From positions 57,164,001-57,228,000 of the forward strand of contig CM126222.1 of NCBI GenBank assembly GCA_052327205.1: DNA of 64,000 nucleotides. The letters are read 5' to 3'. The notes below the pieces were generated by a model that saw only the letters and a list, made by a program, of their open reading frames with translations, did not search any database and had not been told where the DNA came from. Each line of letters opens with the position of its first letter. The first letter of the stretch is position 1. This stretch comes from Somniosus microcephalus (lineage: Eukaryota). This document shows, piece after piece, positions 23,901 through 37,104 of this stretch. The translations under genes and the position numbers were made by a program.

Positions 23901-26900
23901 TATATACTGCTGTAGACACAGGCCGGAGCCAAACTAGTTTGTAGTAGAACTGGTCAATTCATGGAGTTAAACACAAGGTTTTCAAAAGATTTCGCTCCCA
24001 CCCCCCCCCCCCACTCATTCTCTCAAAACAAACATTTGAAATATATTTTTCCACAGGAGAAAATCGTGCACCGGTCGGTGGCAACTCAATCAATAAGCAA
24101 AGCATTAGTTAAAATAGTCAACCTAGTTCATCATGGCAACCAAAACTTCAGTTTGGTAACTTAATGTTGAAATTTATTTCAGCACCAAACTAGCACTGAG
24201 TACTGTCCGTAGCCACAAGTGAATGAAATTGAGACCATCATTTATTTTGAATATCTTGCCACTTGATAGCATTTCACACAGACCAAAATCTGATGACTCC
24301 ACAGCCTTCCTAAAGAACAAGTTCATTGATTTTTCACTGTAACTTGAGCAAACTTTTGCAAAAAAAAAGTTATTTTTCTGCATTCGAATGAAGTGGCATC
24401 ATGACATGTTTAAGAAAATCCCAATATTGTGTGGTGCTGTAGTAGTTCAACCAGTTAGATTGTAACCGAGTCTGTCAGTACAGTGCGATGTGTTTCTTAT
24501 TGGAGGTTTTATTTCAGATCGAAACCTTGTGGCTAACTTTGTGCACTGACCAGTTAACAGCTTCTCATATTCATGCACATCTGAACACGGTGTACCGTAT
24601 CACCATGGAGTAAGGTAGTTCAAATGACCTGTTCATATGGTTAAGTATTCCTTTCTATTCATATACTACTGGGTCTTTCTTGACAAATTTATAGCACAAA
24701 TTCAAAATTTGGGTTTTAATTTGTACATTTAAAAAAAAAAAACTAATACCTGTTGTAAGACAATGCGCAGCATTTAAAAACCCGCAAAGATGGGAGGAGG
24801 CAGAATTATAGCGCCCTTTGTAACACTATAAGCCGTTACAGCAACCCTACCATCTACCTGTCACTCTCCAAAGAGGGCAGTGGAATGTCAGACTGCACAA
24901 TCCGCTTTTGAATCGTTTCAAAAGCCCAGTCTTCAGATCAAAGCTTCATATCTCTTTGTTGCTTTGAATACTTCCAACTTCTGATAACCCTATCCATTTT
25001 TTAGAATTTTAAAAAATGTATCTTTTAAATCGTGTAATATACAATTGTCGAATATCTTGCAGACAGACCTCAAAAGTCTGGTGTTTACGTTTTTTTTTGA
25101 ATTGTTGATTTTCACAACAGTGTTTAATCATGCAGATTGGACCCTGGTAATCCGGCACCCTCGGGACCAGGCTGGTGCCGGACCATTGAAAATTCCGAAC
25201 CACTGAAGGTTCGGTAAATAACGCCCCGTATGCCTTTCTACTTGTCTGTCCCTTTCACCCGTCTGGCTTTTTCGTCCTGAAATTCATCCTGAAGTTATCC
25301 TCTTCACTGCTTACTACGTTTGAGTTTTGCGTAAGCTGCAAACGTGGGAATGATGCCTTGTATACCCAAAATCGAGTTCGTTAACATAAGACCGCTGGTT
25401 TCAATTCGTGCCGGACCACTGAAGGTACTGGACCGTTGGGTGCCGGATTACCGGGGTTCAACCTGTACAACAGTCAAATGTGTACATACTGTGGAAGTTG
25501 TAGTGAGCAAATGTTCAGATTACCACCGGTTTTAAGTGACTTCCCTCCCTCGACCCCCCCCCCCCCCTCGTGACTCGCACCGCAGTTTTATGCCTCTTTA
25601 CACAAGTGACTAACTGAAGTGGTAAAAGAGAAGCAACAATCCAAATGCCAGAAGAGAGAACACTATTTCAGCAAAAGCCCTCTGCATTCTGCTTTTAAGA
25701 AAAAGGTTTAATCCTCTCTGACTGTCGTAAGTCAGATGTGGAGAGTTGGCTCATTGTCTGTTCCGGCTGATTAGAACTAGCTGCTGTTCCACCTCCCACC
25801 CCCATTTCTCTCTCCTCAGCCACAAAAAATGAAAATGACAATATTGAACCATTACAGAAGTTTGAAACTGCTTCTAAAGAGCACGTGTGAGTAGAAGGGA
25901 CTGATTAACCATATGAATGAAAATTTATTCAGAGAATCTTTGATAGTAAAAGTTCCTCTTTAGTGTATGTATACAAAGTATCTTTGTCAACATGTAAGGG
26001 TATTCGAGTTTAATTTTTATAAGTACACAGATTATCATACAATATTTATATACAAAAAACTTCACAAAAAAATTGTTTAATAGCTTTTACAGATGTTTCT
26101 AGAGTGGCTTATTGAAATCAATAGCTTTCTAGTGAATCAGCGTGTTAAGTGGATCTGGGGTGATGTATCTGTGATGTGTTAATATGCAGTTTAGTGTTAT
26201 TTTACAGTTGTTTAGTTCTGTATTTATTTGTGTGTGAGCACAATGGGGTTTTATGTTGTGTGTGTGTTTTTTCCATATTTCCTCTTCACTTGCTGCACAT
26301 GTGAATTTACAAAAAATGCAACAAACTTTTAAGGAGGTGTGTAAACCTCCAGTTCAGTTGATCAACAGTCTCAGCTTCTGAAATATTCTTCAGCCCATCT
26401 GAACCAAACCAGGAGTACCAAACTATTGCACAGCAATAGCATAATGTTAACTGTTTTAGATCTGTATTCGCTCTGCTGTTTATAAAAATATGGGGGATGA
26501 ATTTTGTGATGAATCTTTAATTAATTGAGAACGTTTTGGTGGCTTGTATACCACAGTAGTCTCCAAAAGGTGTCCCCATGTTGTATCTTCTGAACTTTGC
26601 ATTAATTTGTACACATTTACTGCCAACGCATACTAAGGGATTCATTCTTTAGTTGTATTGACGTAGAATATATATTAGAGATTTGGAAATGCAAAAATAT
26701 ATTCAATGTTGAATGTGTAATCAAAGGTGCTGTTCAATTGTTGAGCTGTTATTGGAGTTGCTGAGTGTTCATTGTTAAATGGTTAACCCGATGTTTGTTT
26801 GGTCTGAAATACAAATCTATTTGGCTAAACTGCATATATGACTTGGTTTCTCGCACACCTCTATCGAATTGTGATATTGTAATTGTAGAAAATGCTGTTT

Positions 26901-29900
26901 TACACAATAGTTTTCAGTAAGAAGAAACTTATTTTTGTCAAAAACGATTTCTCTCTGTGCCATAAAGGGCTGTGCAAAATACCCTCAGCATCTCAACTCA
27001 ACCTGGCTTTGATCTACCCAACCATCCGATAACCTCTTTTACCAAGAATTCTGGGACGGAATCCTAATCAATCCAATTAAACCAAATAGGATTTATTGCT
27101 TGTCCTATAGTGATCTGTTAATTTGTGAAAACCTTAAGGATCATGTAGAATTTTTGAATGGGATATTGTGTAACTATATATTAGAAGTTTTTAATTGCAG
27201 AACTGAATATTAGTTAAAATAGCTACAAGGCCGCACAATATAGTTACAAAACATTTAGCCCACACTCTCTAGATGCCAGTTTGAAGGTATAGATGCCAGT
27301 TTGAGGTGTTGAGTGTCTGGTGCTGAGACCATGCCTGCCTTTGGCCAGCTTTAGTGCCATGTGTAGATGTTTTGAATAACGCATAAGCTGTGTTGTGATT
27401 AAGTAATCACGTGAGGACACAGCAACTTATCGCTAGAATTTAAGTTCAAGTCTAGCCTTCTGGCAATGAGCATATTGTTTGAATGTGGAATCATGTAGAC
27501 AGGTGTTAAGCGAGAGCAAATGCTTAACAGTCTTCAGTTTTAATTGCTTTTAACACTAACTCTGCTGTAATCAAAACTACCTGATTCTTGAAGCCTTTTA
27601 AGCTCAAACGTGGCTTCCATTCTTAAAATATATGCCTATTGTTCAAACACAGAGCAGAGTTTTAAAAGTCAAATTGAGACAAATGTCTAATTAATTTAAT
27701 TCCATTTGTATATCTTGTGGGTTTTTCCTCTCCCGCCACTTATAAACCTGGGATGTGGTTTATCCAAATATGTTAATTATCCATTTGATTTTGAATTGTA
27801 TAAGCCGATTTAAAATCCATTTAGAGAAGTAGAATAATTTTTGACCACAATATTTGATTGCACAATACCAGCAAGGATTGGTTCTAAGAAAGATGTAGTT
27901 TCTGGTGGGAAAATTATAATTTCAATAACTTTTTTTTAAAAAGTGGGGGAGGGGGGCATGAACAATAATCCTGAAGCAACTTAGCAATTATATTTGAAGC
28001 AGGAGTCTTATTCCAGACAAAAGGAAATTGCACTAGAACTACAGTACGGGGGGGGGGAGATTTATTTCACAACAAGGATTTTTAAGAATGCATCAACTCA
28101 ACATTTTTAAAGAGAGAAGCAGTGTCCTCATTGTGTTGATCATCAGGAGAAGGGGTACCCAAGATTCACGTGTCTTATGCCATTGGAGTTAAAGGAAAAA
28201 AGTACTATTTTGATTGTCAAGACTTTTTTTAAAGAAGGCATTTTGTATACAAACTGATCAATATATCACCAGTAGGTGAAAGAATCTCTTTTCCCCCTCC
28301 ACTCCCCTAAAATGACGAGAATTAATAACTGAAGCCTTGTTCTGATTCCCATTCAGATGCTGTAGTGATTTGTTTTCTCTGTTCTTTAATGCTGTCAGCC
28401 TGTAACATTTATTCTGTGAATAGTGTAAGTGCTTGTTTTAGCAAGTGCTTTGTACGTGAGGTGTGTGGCGTACGTGTGTACGGCTTGGTGACTCTTGTCA
28501 AGTGAGGTTCTTTCAAATATGCAAGCAGCAATTGGTGTCCAGGACAACAGTGCTGGAATAGTGCCCTACAGATAGCAGGGGTGACTACTCATTGTACAAG
28601 TAATGTCTTGATATAAGGGCTAAAGAGTTATTTGTGTTACAGGAGTGTCTGTGTGTGTGTCTGTGTTTTATAGTGTTCAAAGTTATAGACTGGAGTAATA
28701 CATGCTAAAGGTCATTTTTGTTAATATATTAGCACAAATAACAAAAAGAACACCACTATTGTGTTTAAACCCTTAGGCTTGAAGCCCACATGAAATATTT
28801 TTGGACATGTTAGTGATGAATAGTTTCTATTTCCACCAACTGCTCGACCTGATGATGAGATTCAAATTAATCAGAAATCGGAAACAAAAATAAAGCTCTC
28901 CATTTTGATTGGATGTTCACATCTAGCCTGATGACCAGATTTGCACACTTGACTAACCAGTTATTAGTGTGTGCTTCTCAACTTTGCAAGCAAACCCTTC
29001 AGTCATACTGCTCTTTGCTTACTAATGATACTTGGGCTACTGGAAGTAGGCTACCGGACAAGGAGTGAAATATCCTCGCCCCTCCTGGCTGCATTTTGTT
29101 GTGGATAAGATTCTAACCCAGGATGTATAATCCCCATATTGTTGCAGAGCAGTGCTCACTTTTTTGGAGTCGGTTGGGCAGGTATTCCGTTTTACTGTTG
29201 TACTGTTGCCAGAGTGCTGCATCCAGCTTTACATTTATTACAGCCCTTTGACCAGAAGCTGGCAAATTTTCAGAAGCATTACTGACCATTGCAAGCACAT
29301 TATTGGGTGATTGCGTGTCACTGGGAAGTTCAATACAAGGAACTAGTAAATGAATTGGAATGTGGAAGCTGGGTGAAGGGTCTTTTCGAAATGAGATCCT
29401 GTTTCTGGAGATCAGTTGGGAAGTGACTGTGCATCAGAAGAATATGCTATTGTAGATTATATTTTTGCGTGGAGCTGGAGTCTAGCTGCAGTATCTTAGT
29501 TTTGACAAACGTTTTTCTGATGCAGCTGGCTAGTGTATCACTGTACTTACAAAATATTGTACCTGATTCAGCTAATACTTTTCTTGACACTTATGCAAAG
29601 CTGGGTACTGGATTGAACTTGAAGCCTATTTAAATTTACTGCCCCTCCACGCAATCTGTCTAGATCTTTGGAGCCTAATATATTTTGCAAAGATTTTCCA
29701 AGGTCTAGATGTGTTTACTGTAAAATAAAAATGTCGTACACCATCAATACAAAGTAATGGGATGTTATTGTGGGTGCTTAACGGATCTAAATCTGTTTTT
29801 TTGAAGCGTAAGGAAAAGGTCGTTACTTTTCACTTCCCAGGAGCATTGTAATCACACTGTTGAGGGTTGAAATGCTGTTGTGAGGAGGTTGCATACTACC

Positions 29901-30235
29901 AATGTAGTAAAATGAAATTTGTGCAGTATTAGATGAATAAAGTTAAAACTATTCTGATGAATAATGCGCTCTCTATCAAATTCTGGCCCAAAGGGTGTAA
30001 TGAATCACTCTGTTGTACTTTGTATAAAGTGTCCATTTAATAAGTATTTATTACCTAAATTATTGTACTTTATGATCTGTAGATAAGTATGTATTCATAA
30101 CCGCCATGAAAATTAACTGTATCAGTTTCCATTGGACACATCATTAATTTATTTCTGTATATACTGTATGTTTGTTGAGATACAGCTTACTTTATTTTGT
30201 ATATGACCAATAAACACCTTTTAAAGTGATCTAGC
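23901..30235 (+). other. MAFG: Putative long MAFG 3'UTR ending near AATAAA 30209-30214 (alternative AATAAA 29936-29941)
   Basis: About 6.3 kb nearly free of recognisable TEs, unlike its flanks, and AU-rich. TGTANATA motifs at 30078 and 30156 lie just before AATAAA. The end point is inferred. Confidence 0.6.
25133..25465. mobile_element. Tc1/mariner (Tigger/pogo-like) MITE within the putative MAFG 3'UTR
   Basis: 28-bp TIRs CAGATTGGACCCTGGTAATCCGGCACCC / GGGTGCCGGATTACCGGGGTTCAACCTG. Flanks are TG and TA. Internal gtgccggacca repeats. Confidence 0.8.
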
Positions 30236-30852
30236 CTAGTGTAATGAAAGATGTATCTTTTTACAATGTGTAGAATAAGTGCAGTGATCTAATTTGGGTG
30301 TAAACTTAATCTCTGACCCCATCAACCTGACCATTAGGAAGTAGTTTAATTTCTTTGATCAGTAAATGCATTGAGTGCCAACTAAAAATATCATTTTTAA
30401 GCTAGTGAGTTTACAAGGAGGAATTTGAATTTTTAGCTTAAAATCTGGTGTATTAGAAAATATTCCCTTTTTTAGTCTTTTGGGCCATCACTTTAATCCT
30501 TCAATCCAAGACAGTATGATGCTTCAATCCAAGACACCATGACAGTCTCATTGTTCCACTTCTCTTCTTTCCCCTCCAAAAAGTTGAGTTCAAGCCCCAA
30601 TACAGGAATTCAGCTCATAAGCTGGAAGCATTTTTCTCTCAGCCGTTTGGCTGCTGCATTTGCCTGCATAGTCACTTCACTTCAAAATAATGCATTGTAT
30701 CTGAAGTGCAAACATTTATAAATACAAGTCTTTTTTTCAAATCAAATGCCTGGATTTTCTATAGACATATATTTTATTTTCACTAAAAGCACAAATTTAC
30801 CTATTGGATTTGGTCAGTCTGCATTAAGTTCACATGGCACTTAATACATTGT

Positions 30853-31290
30853 GGGCTTGATTTTAACTCCACATCCCCCATCCTGGCAGAAACCAGGTTG
30901 GGGGGGGAGACAGTTCAAATGGAGCGGAGGACTTGGCCACTGCTTTCCTGCCCTTCTCTGGCCAACGCTAATTTTAAATTACAGGCGAGAAGACCACTTG
31001 CCCCAAACCGGTGAGGTCCTCCTTTAAACTATGCAGATTGGGCTCCCAATGATGTCATCGGAGCCAGAGCTGCCATCTTGGCCCGAGGCCTAAGTGGGGA
31101 GCAGTGGTGGCTTTCCCACTAGGCAACAGCAGCCAGGGCCAGCAAAGTAAATTTTAAAACATTTTATGGTTTTCTTGTGAGCCAAGAGAACAGGAGTATT
31201 ACTGCTCCAATATGCTGTGCCGCTGATTGGTGTAGGTCTCCTGAAAATAGGCGCCAGAACAATGACCAGGTTCTGGTAGCAGATTAACAA
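30853..31290. mobile_element. Degenerate Harbinger-type MITE remnant
   Basis: Starts gggcttgattttaac like other Harbinger TIRs. Internal aaactatgcagattgggctcccaatgatgtcatcgg resembles the 48630 element. Right end unclear. Confidence 0.4.
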
Positions 31291-32237
31291 GGGGACTGTG
31301 CACAAAATGGGGAGAATTAATAAAACATTAAAAATGGGGTTAAAAGTACATAATAAAAGTCACTGTCTATAATCTTAAAAGACTTTCAGACTTTCTTCAG
31401 AAGTATTGGAAAGTTCTAAAGCTTAATAATGTGTTACAGCCTTTTTTGAGTTAGTGAAGGAACTATGGTAATCCATGCAAGTGATGACATTCTATTCAAT
31501 GGGTAAATCGCATACCTTAAATGATTTCTGTTTAGTAAATGAAACCATTAAGTAATCATTAACTGGAGTGAATTACTACATTGCTGGTCAGTTCAGTTAA
31601 CATCAACATTCATAGAATAAAATGCCCTTCGTTTACAACGCTCCTTTGCATTTTGGAACAGGTTTCAGGTAAAAGAAAATTTGCATGCATCGAAATGAAC
31701 ATGCCACCTCTTCATGTAAATAGAGAACCTGGAATGTGTTTGTGTAACACACAATTTACAGATATCAAAACCCTGCATGCCAATGTCCCAACAGATAGCT
31801 GGGCAACTGGCAGGAACCTTAATAGCACTCTGGGTAAAATGCATGGTTTTGGGCAGTTACTCTTCACTCTGGCAGCGCTCCTACACACGCTTCAGATCCC
31901 TAAGGCTTGAATTTTTCTAACCTGCGCCCAATATCTCTAGGCTTGAGTAAGTCGGGTGCATCCCTTTAGGAAAGGGTGTGAACACGATATCAGCCAAGTG
32001 AAACAATTTTCCTAAGTGGATTTCAAAACATTTAAGCAGCGTCATGGATTTCCTTGCATGTCAGGTACCCAGCTGGACTTTAAAAAAAAAAAAAAATTAA
32101 AAAAAATGGTGGATACAAGTTGAATTGTTCGTTTAGCCAAACCTCTGCAACCGTTACCAAAAAAACTCTCTACTGGAAAAATCCTCAAAGATTAGCTTCT
32201 ATCGATATCCTTGTTAAGGTGAATTAGTACTGAATAT

Positions 32238-32432
32238 CCTGGAATCTGGATTCACTGCCTGAAAGGGTGGTAGAGGCTGAAACGCTCATCGCATTTAAAA
32301 AGTACTTGGATATGCACTTGGAAGTGCAGTAACCTACAGGGCTATGGACCAAGAGCTGGAAAGTGGGATTAGGCTGGATAGCTCTTTTTCAGCCGGCACA
32401 GACTCCTGTGCCATAAATGTCCATGATTTCTA
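32238..32432 (+). mobile_element. CR1 3' end
   Basis: ggattcactgcctgaaagggtggtagaggctgaaacgctcatcgcatttaaaaagtacttgga... Confidence 0.7.
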
Positions 32433-32867
32433 AATCTAATTGTGAAACAAAATTAATTTCCACCAGCACATTGCATGAATTTCTTTTGTATACAGTAATG
32501 GCAAGAGGTAACATGACATTTTCTCCTTGTAGATTATGAATATGCAGAAATCCATCTGTGGTTTATACTCGGTGACGTGACATGCATGCAGATTTGATTT
32601 CAATACTACCATGTAACTTCCTTCATTTAGCATCGCTGGTTATACAATTGCTAATGCTGGAATTCTAATGCTAAAAATCCAATTTAAAAATGTAGTGAAT
32701 TTCTTTCAGTTTAGTTTCCAACAAAAGTTTCTGCTGTCCTATCGGGTTCCCATGTTCCATATGGTCAGACTGAAGAGAGTAGATGTGCATTTCCAATCAC
32801 TCGCAGCCCGAACCTGTTTTGAGTGTGACAAAATGATGTGCTGGGTTTACGACTTCACCTGATTGGG

Positions 32868-32981
32868 AAGAAAGAAACACTTGCATTTATATAGCACCTT
32901 TCACGACCACCGGACATCTCCAAGCGCTTTACAGCCAATTAAGTACTTTTTGGAGTGTAGTCACTGTTGTAATGTGGGAAG
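32868..32981 (-). mobile_element. DeuSINE 3' tail fragment
   Basis: ttgcatttatatagcacctttcacgaccaccggac...gcgctttacagccaatt. Confidence 0.75.
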
Positions 32982-33324
32982 GAGAGAACACCAACAACCA
33001 GGGAGGTGTAGTACAGCAACTCCAATGAGACTGGGGCTCAAATGTATTTGTTAAATGAAAAACAAAAGAATAGCTGTTTTTCTTAGTAAATCGCAGGAAC
33101 AGTAGAGCCAGAGGACACAGACTGCGCTTATGGAGGGGGGGGCGATAGTTTTAAACTAATCTGTGGTACCAATATTTTAGTGAGCGCATGGTCAATCTAT
33201 AGAACAAGCTCCCTCGTCCGTCGGTGGAACCAGTTAGTATTGCTTCATTCAAATGCAAATTAGGTAGATCTTTTTCAGAAAATAACATTTTGGGATACAG
33301 TATGAGAGTAATTTGAGACATAAC

Positions 33325-34753
33325 GGCCATGAATTCGCGCTCGGCGGCATAGCTCGGGAGTACGCCGCTGGCATCTGAACGAAATCCGCATTTACCTCAT
33401 GCAAGCCCCCCTTCGAGAGGCTGCTGTCAAACGCTGCAGAGTTGTGCGCAGCGTAGTGCCCCACGGAGCCCAGGAGCGGACTGTTGTGCGTATGTGAACT
33501 CAGGATCACGTGGGGTGGTGCTCTTTTCACTTCCTGACTCTTAACCAATCAGGAAACAGAGGAGATTGCTGATTTGCCCACAACTCATTTTTAATAATTT
33601 AGCAGCCAGAAATGCCATTTTATTAATAAATTACAATCACTGCAATAGTATTTAATACACAAACCAAGATTTCAACATTAATAGAATTTGGTCAAACACT
33701 GAAAAGTCTTGAAATACTTTTTACTGAAGGTGTCCTTAAGACCATAAATTAGGATGCCTTTTATACAATGCTTGCAGCTGAATTAACATTGGCCTTTTCA
33801 TTCTGGGCCATGAGAACATAAACCTATAATTACAGTCTTGCAGTTTATCGAATTCGTTTCTCCGCTCTTAGACTAACTAACTTTTAACTAATTCAAATAA
33901 TCTAAAATCGAGAGTTTAAATGTCTGCTAACATGAGGAAATCATGAAAGTGAATTAAATCTTATCTAAATAGAAATTGAGAAGTAATTAAACCGAAACTA
34001 CAAAAAGCTTTTGGGCAGCATAGACGGTGGCACAAAAAGGCCATGTTTTCAAACTCGAACAAATGAAAGTTTCTTTCAAAGTTTGTATCTGCTCAGTCAC
34101 GAACATCATTGTTATGGGCTGTAGCATAAACCTAGCTCAATATTACAGGAAACTTTGTGCTATCTGGCACCGACTGGACCGAGCTGTTGCCGTTCCCTCA
34201 AAACTGCCGGACATACTAGCACTAATGTTGAAAGGTACGGAAGCTTTTGAGCTCCGTATCTGTCAACAAACCCTGCAGCTTCTAAACAGTCCAAGCATCT
34301 CTGTAGCTTAGCACCAGCTTCAGCAGACCTTGCAGAGCTTGACTGTTGAGGAAAAAAGCAACGAGAAGAAAAAAAACCTAACGAAAACGGCTCCTGATTT
34401 TTGCTGATGGCTCGAGCATCCCGGACAGTTAGCCTCCGGATAACACACAGTTTCCTGTAATACAATTTTCTCATCACCCCACCCCGCCCCCCCCCCCCCC
34501 CCCCCTACTCTGTGCAACAGCCTCCTGTGCTTGTTTGCACCAGGCTTTAAAAAATTTCAGGGTAATTAATGCAGAGTAGGTGGGCAATTAGCCCAATTTT
34601 TCAGCAGCACCTTGATTTGAATAAGGAGGTGAAACGTGTAGCGAAGCCTATGTGTAGTCGGAACTTGACAGATCCCGAACTTGCGGTCAATTTCAAAGGC
34701 GGTATGATGCCGTACTTCGAGTACGCCGTCATACCGACCGCGAATTTAGGGCC
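33325..34753. mobile_element. PIF/Harbinger-type non-autonomous element (contains the 34146 MITE)
   Basis: TIRs GGCCATGAATTCGCG / CGCGAATTTAGGGCC with 3-bp TSD AAC (33322-33324, 34754-34756). Confidence 0.7.
34146..34457. mobile_element. Tc1/mariner-type MITE, CAGGAAACT family, copy 1
   Basis: TA|CAGGAAACTTTGTG...CACAGTTTCCTG|TA. Homologous to 56999 and 62981. Confidence 0.85.
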
Positions 34754-35569
34754 AACGTGTGGTAAGTGTAGCATGTTTGGAAGGAACAGGTGACTTTGGA
34801 CCTATGGTTCCCCAAATTTTCTTTGTGTCAATGTCTGGGTCTGTTGTAGACTAATTGATAGAGATTGATTGCTGTGATTAGTCAACAACTCCATTATCGT
34901 TGTATCATGTGACTACTAGGATGGTAGATGCGAGCTAGGTGGACCGTCGTCTTTATCCATCTAGTAATTCCTATGTTCCTAAGGGATCTCTGGGAGGATG
35001 GTTTTGTTAGCTGGTTGTTAATCTTGGAAAATACGGGCATTCTTCCCCTTTTTGTTCAAAAACTTGCATCCTTAATTTTTTTTGTCTTCCACAAGGATGC
35101 GGTCGCAATTTGCACTTTCTTCAAAAGCACTGAGACGGTGTTGTGAGACTGCACTACACTAATGCTGAGTCCTTGCTGGAAATGAGTGGTTTGGAGGGTT
35201 GTTACATTTGTGGGTCTTTTCTACCCTCTTACTCTTAAATTATTTTGAACTCTCTATTTTGAAATTAGCAAGATATATCCCGATTCAGTAGTGTTTCGTA
35301 TTTACAACAGTGTCTTGGATCACTCATGAACAAGTCCCTCTCCCCATACCCTCGCGATTGCCTATTTTAACTGCAAGGTCTAGACGAGTTTTCAGTAATG
35401 CACCCAGGCTGTCGACACAAAAAAACATGTGTTCGAATTTCTGCTGGGGTTCTCCCAATCATCCAACTGTGTGTGCCATTTTTCCAGGGTTTCAAACAAA
35501 GTTACAGCAGAGAACCCTTCACCCGCCAACAGAAATTCCAGGTGCCTGTCTCTTAATTGCTTTCACGTC

Positions 35570-35790
35570 TTGGCCTGGCCAAATTTATCCCTCAACCAAC
35601 ATAACAAAAACAGATTATCTGGTCATTATCACATTGCTGTTTGTGGGACCTTGATGTGCGTAAATTGACTGTCGCGTTTCCCACATTACAACAGTGACTC
35701 CACTTCAAAAGTACTTCATTGGCTGTAAAGCGCTTTGAGACGTCCGGTGGTCGTGAAAGGCGCTATAGAAATGAAAGTCTCTCTTTTCTT
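35570..35790 (+). mobile_element. DeuSINE 3' half
   Basis: cctggccaaatttatccctcaacc...ggctgtaaagcgctttgagacgtcc...aaggcgctatagaaatgaaagtc. Confidence 0.8.
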
Positions 35791-36485
35791 CAATGAGCAA
35801 ATCGAGCTGCCCGCCTTCAGAACTCATTTTAAGTTTAAAACCATTAAACAAAATTATTTAACACAAGATGAACAAGCAAATAATATAGTTATAGAATTAC
35901 AGTAAAAAGGTATGTTATGTAACTAGGTAAAATAATAAGCTTGCAGATCTAGGAACTATGCTAATTCTTTGCAAATTACTTTTCAATTGTTTCTTCTACC
36001 TCTTTTGAATTTCTAATCACTGTGGAAGCCTATAATAATCTAATCTTGGAAATTTCAAACTAATTTTTTTTTCTCTTTCAAAAGAATCTCCAAGGTGATT
36101 GAGTCATGGATTTAAACAACTGATTTCCCGGCCTTTTGAGTATTCCACCGCTCAAACTTAAAAAGGTAATCTATGAACTGAACTAATCGCAGCATTGTTT
36201 TAAGTTTGAATTATTCCTCCCTCCAATCTATAACGGACTCACACTTCCAACATTGTATCTAGATATGTCTGATACAGGAATCGGAACTACAATGTTTTAT
36301 AAACTGCATATGTACTAAGACTGGATTTGAAGAAACACACGCCAATCCCAAAGTCAGGCAAATATACCTCATTTTTGTCATGAGTACAATACTGATTTTG
36401 GAAAATTTATTTTTAACATACAGCTTGTCATTTATCAGCTTCATGTAATGTAATTCTGTATAATTTTGAATACCAGCGACCCATT

Positions 36486-37104
36486 GGGGAGGGTTTTAAC
36501 TAGTGGCGGGTTTCCGGCAGGGGCCGGTCGGTTTCAGTTAGTTTCCCGCCCACTTGTGGGAGTACGAGGCTATGACGATTTTAACTGCTGGGCCTAGTTA
36601 GCATGACACTGGTCTACTTCCTGCCGAGATTGGCTGGAAGTGGACGGGAAGTGACTGCCGGACTCCGGAAAATCAGGCTGCCCCCGACACTGGGGCAAAT
36701 GTGGAACGTGGGCTCCGATGGGTCACGCGGCGGAGGTGAGTTCGGATCGGGGAGGTCTAAACTTTCCTTGTGGAGTCCACAGGAGCACTTCTGCTCCTCC
36801 TGGCCCCACAACGGAAAGTTTAAAAAAATAACTTACACCTGGAGGGCCTTTTCATGTCCCAATCCTCTTCTCGCCTGGTTTAGCCTGGTGAGAAAGCCAC
36901 AACTGCCGGAGTTGAAATTGTAGTTGGGACGGGATGACATCATCTGATCTCTCCGCAAATTAAAGGTCCCCGCCAGCTTTGGGCAGACCGCTTAGCTGCC
37001 CGTCCAGATGGCTATGTAAAAATCATAGTTAGCGGGATCTGGTCGGATAATTAACCCGGGTGATTTTAACCGCTCACCTGCCCAGCTAGGGTTAAAATTG
37101 CCCC
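36486..37104. mobile_element. Harbinger-type MITE
   Basis: Termini GGGGAGGGTTTTAAC / GTTAAAATTGCCCC around a GC-rich body in AT-rich surroundings. Confidence 0.65.

Noticed and set aside
9455-30540. Short local tandem duplications (~9458-9495, 19119-19163, 22881-22929, 27270-27304, 30499-30536)
   Set aside because: These are unrelated 15-24-bp two-copy duplications typical of slippage or repair, with no shared motif.
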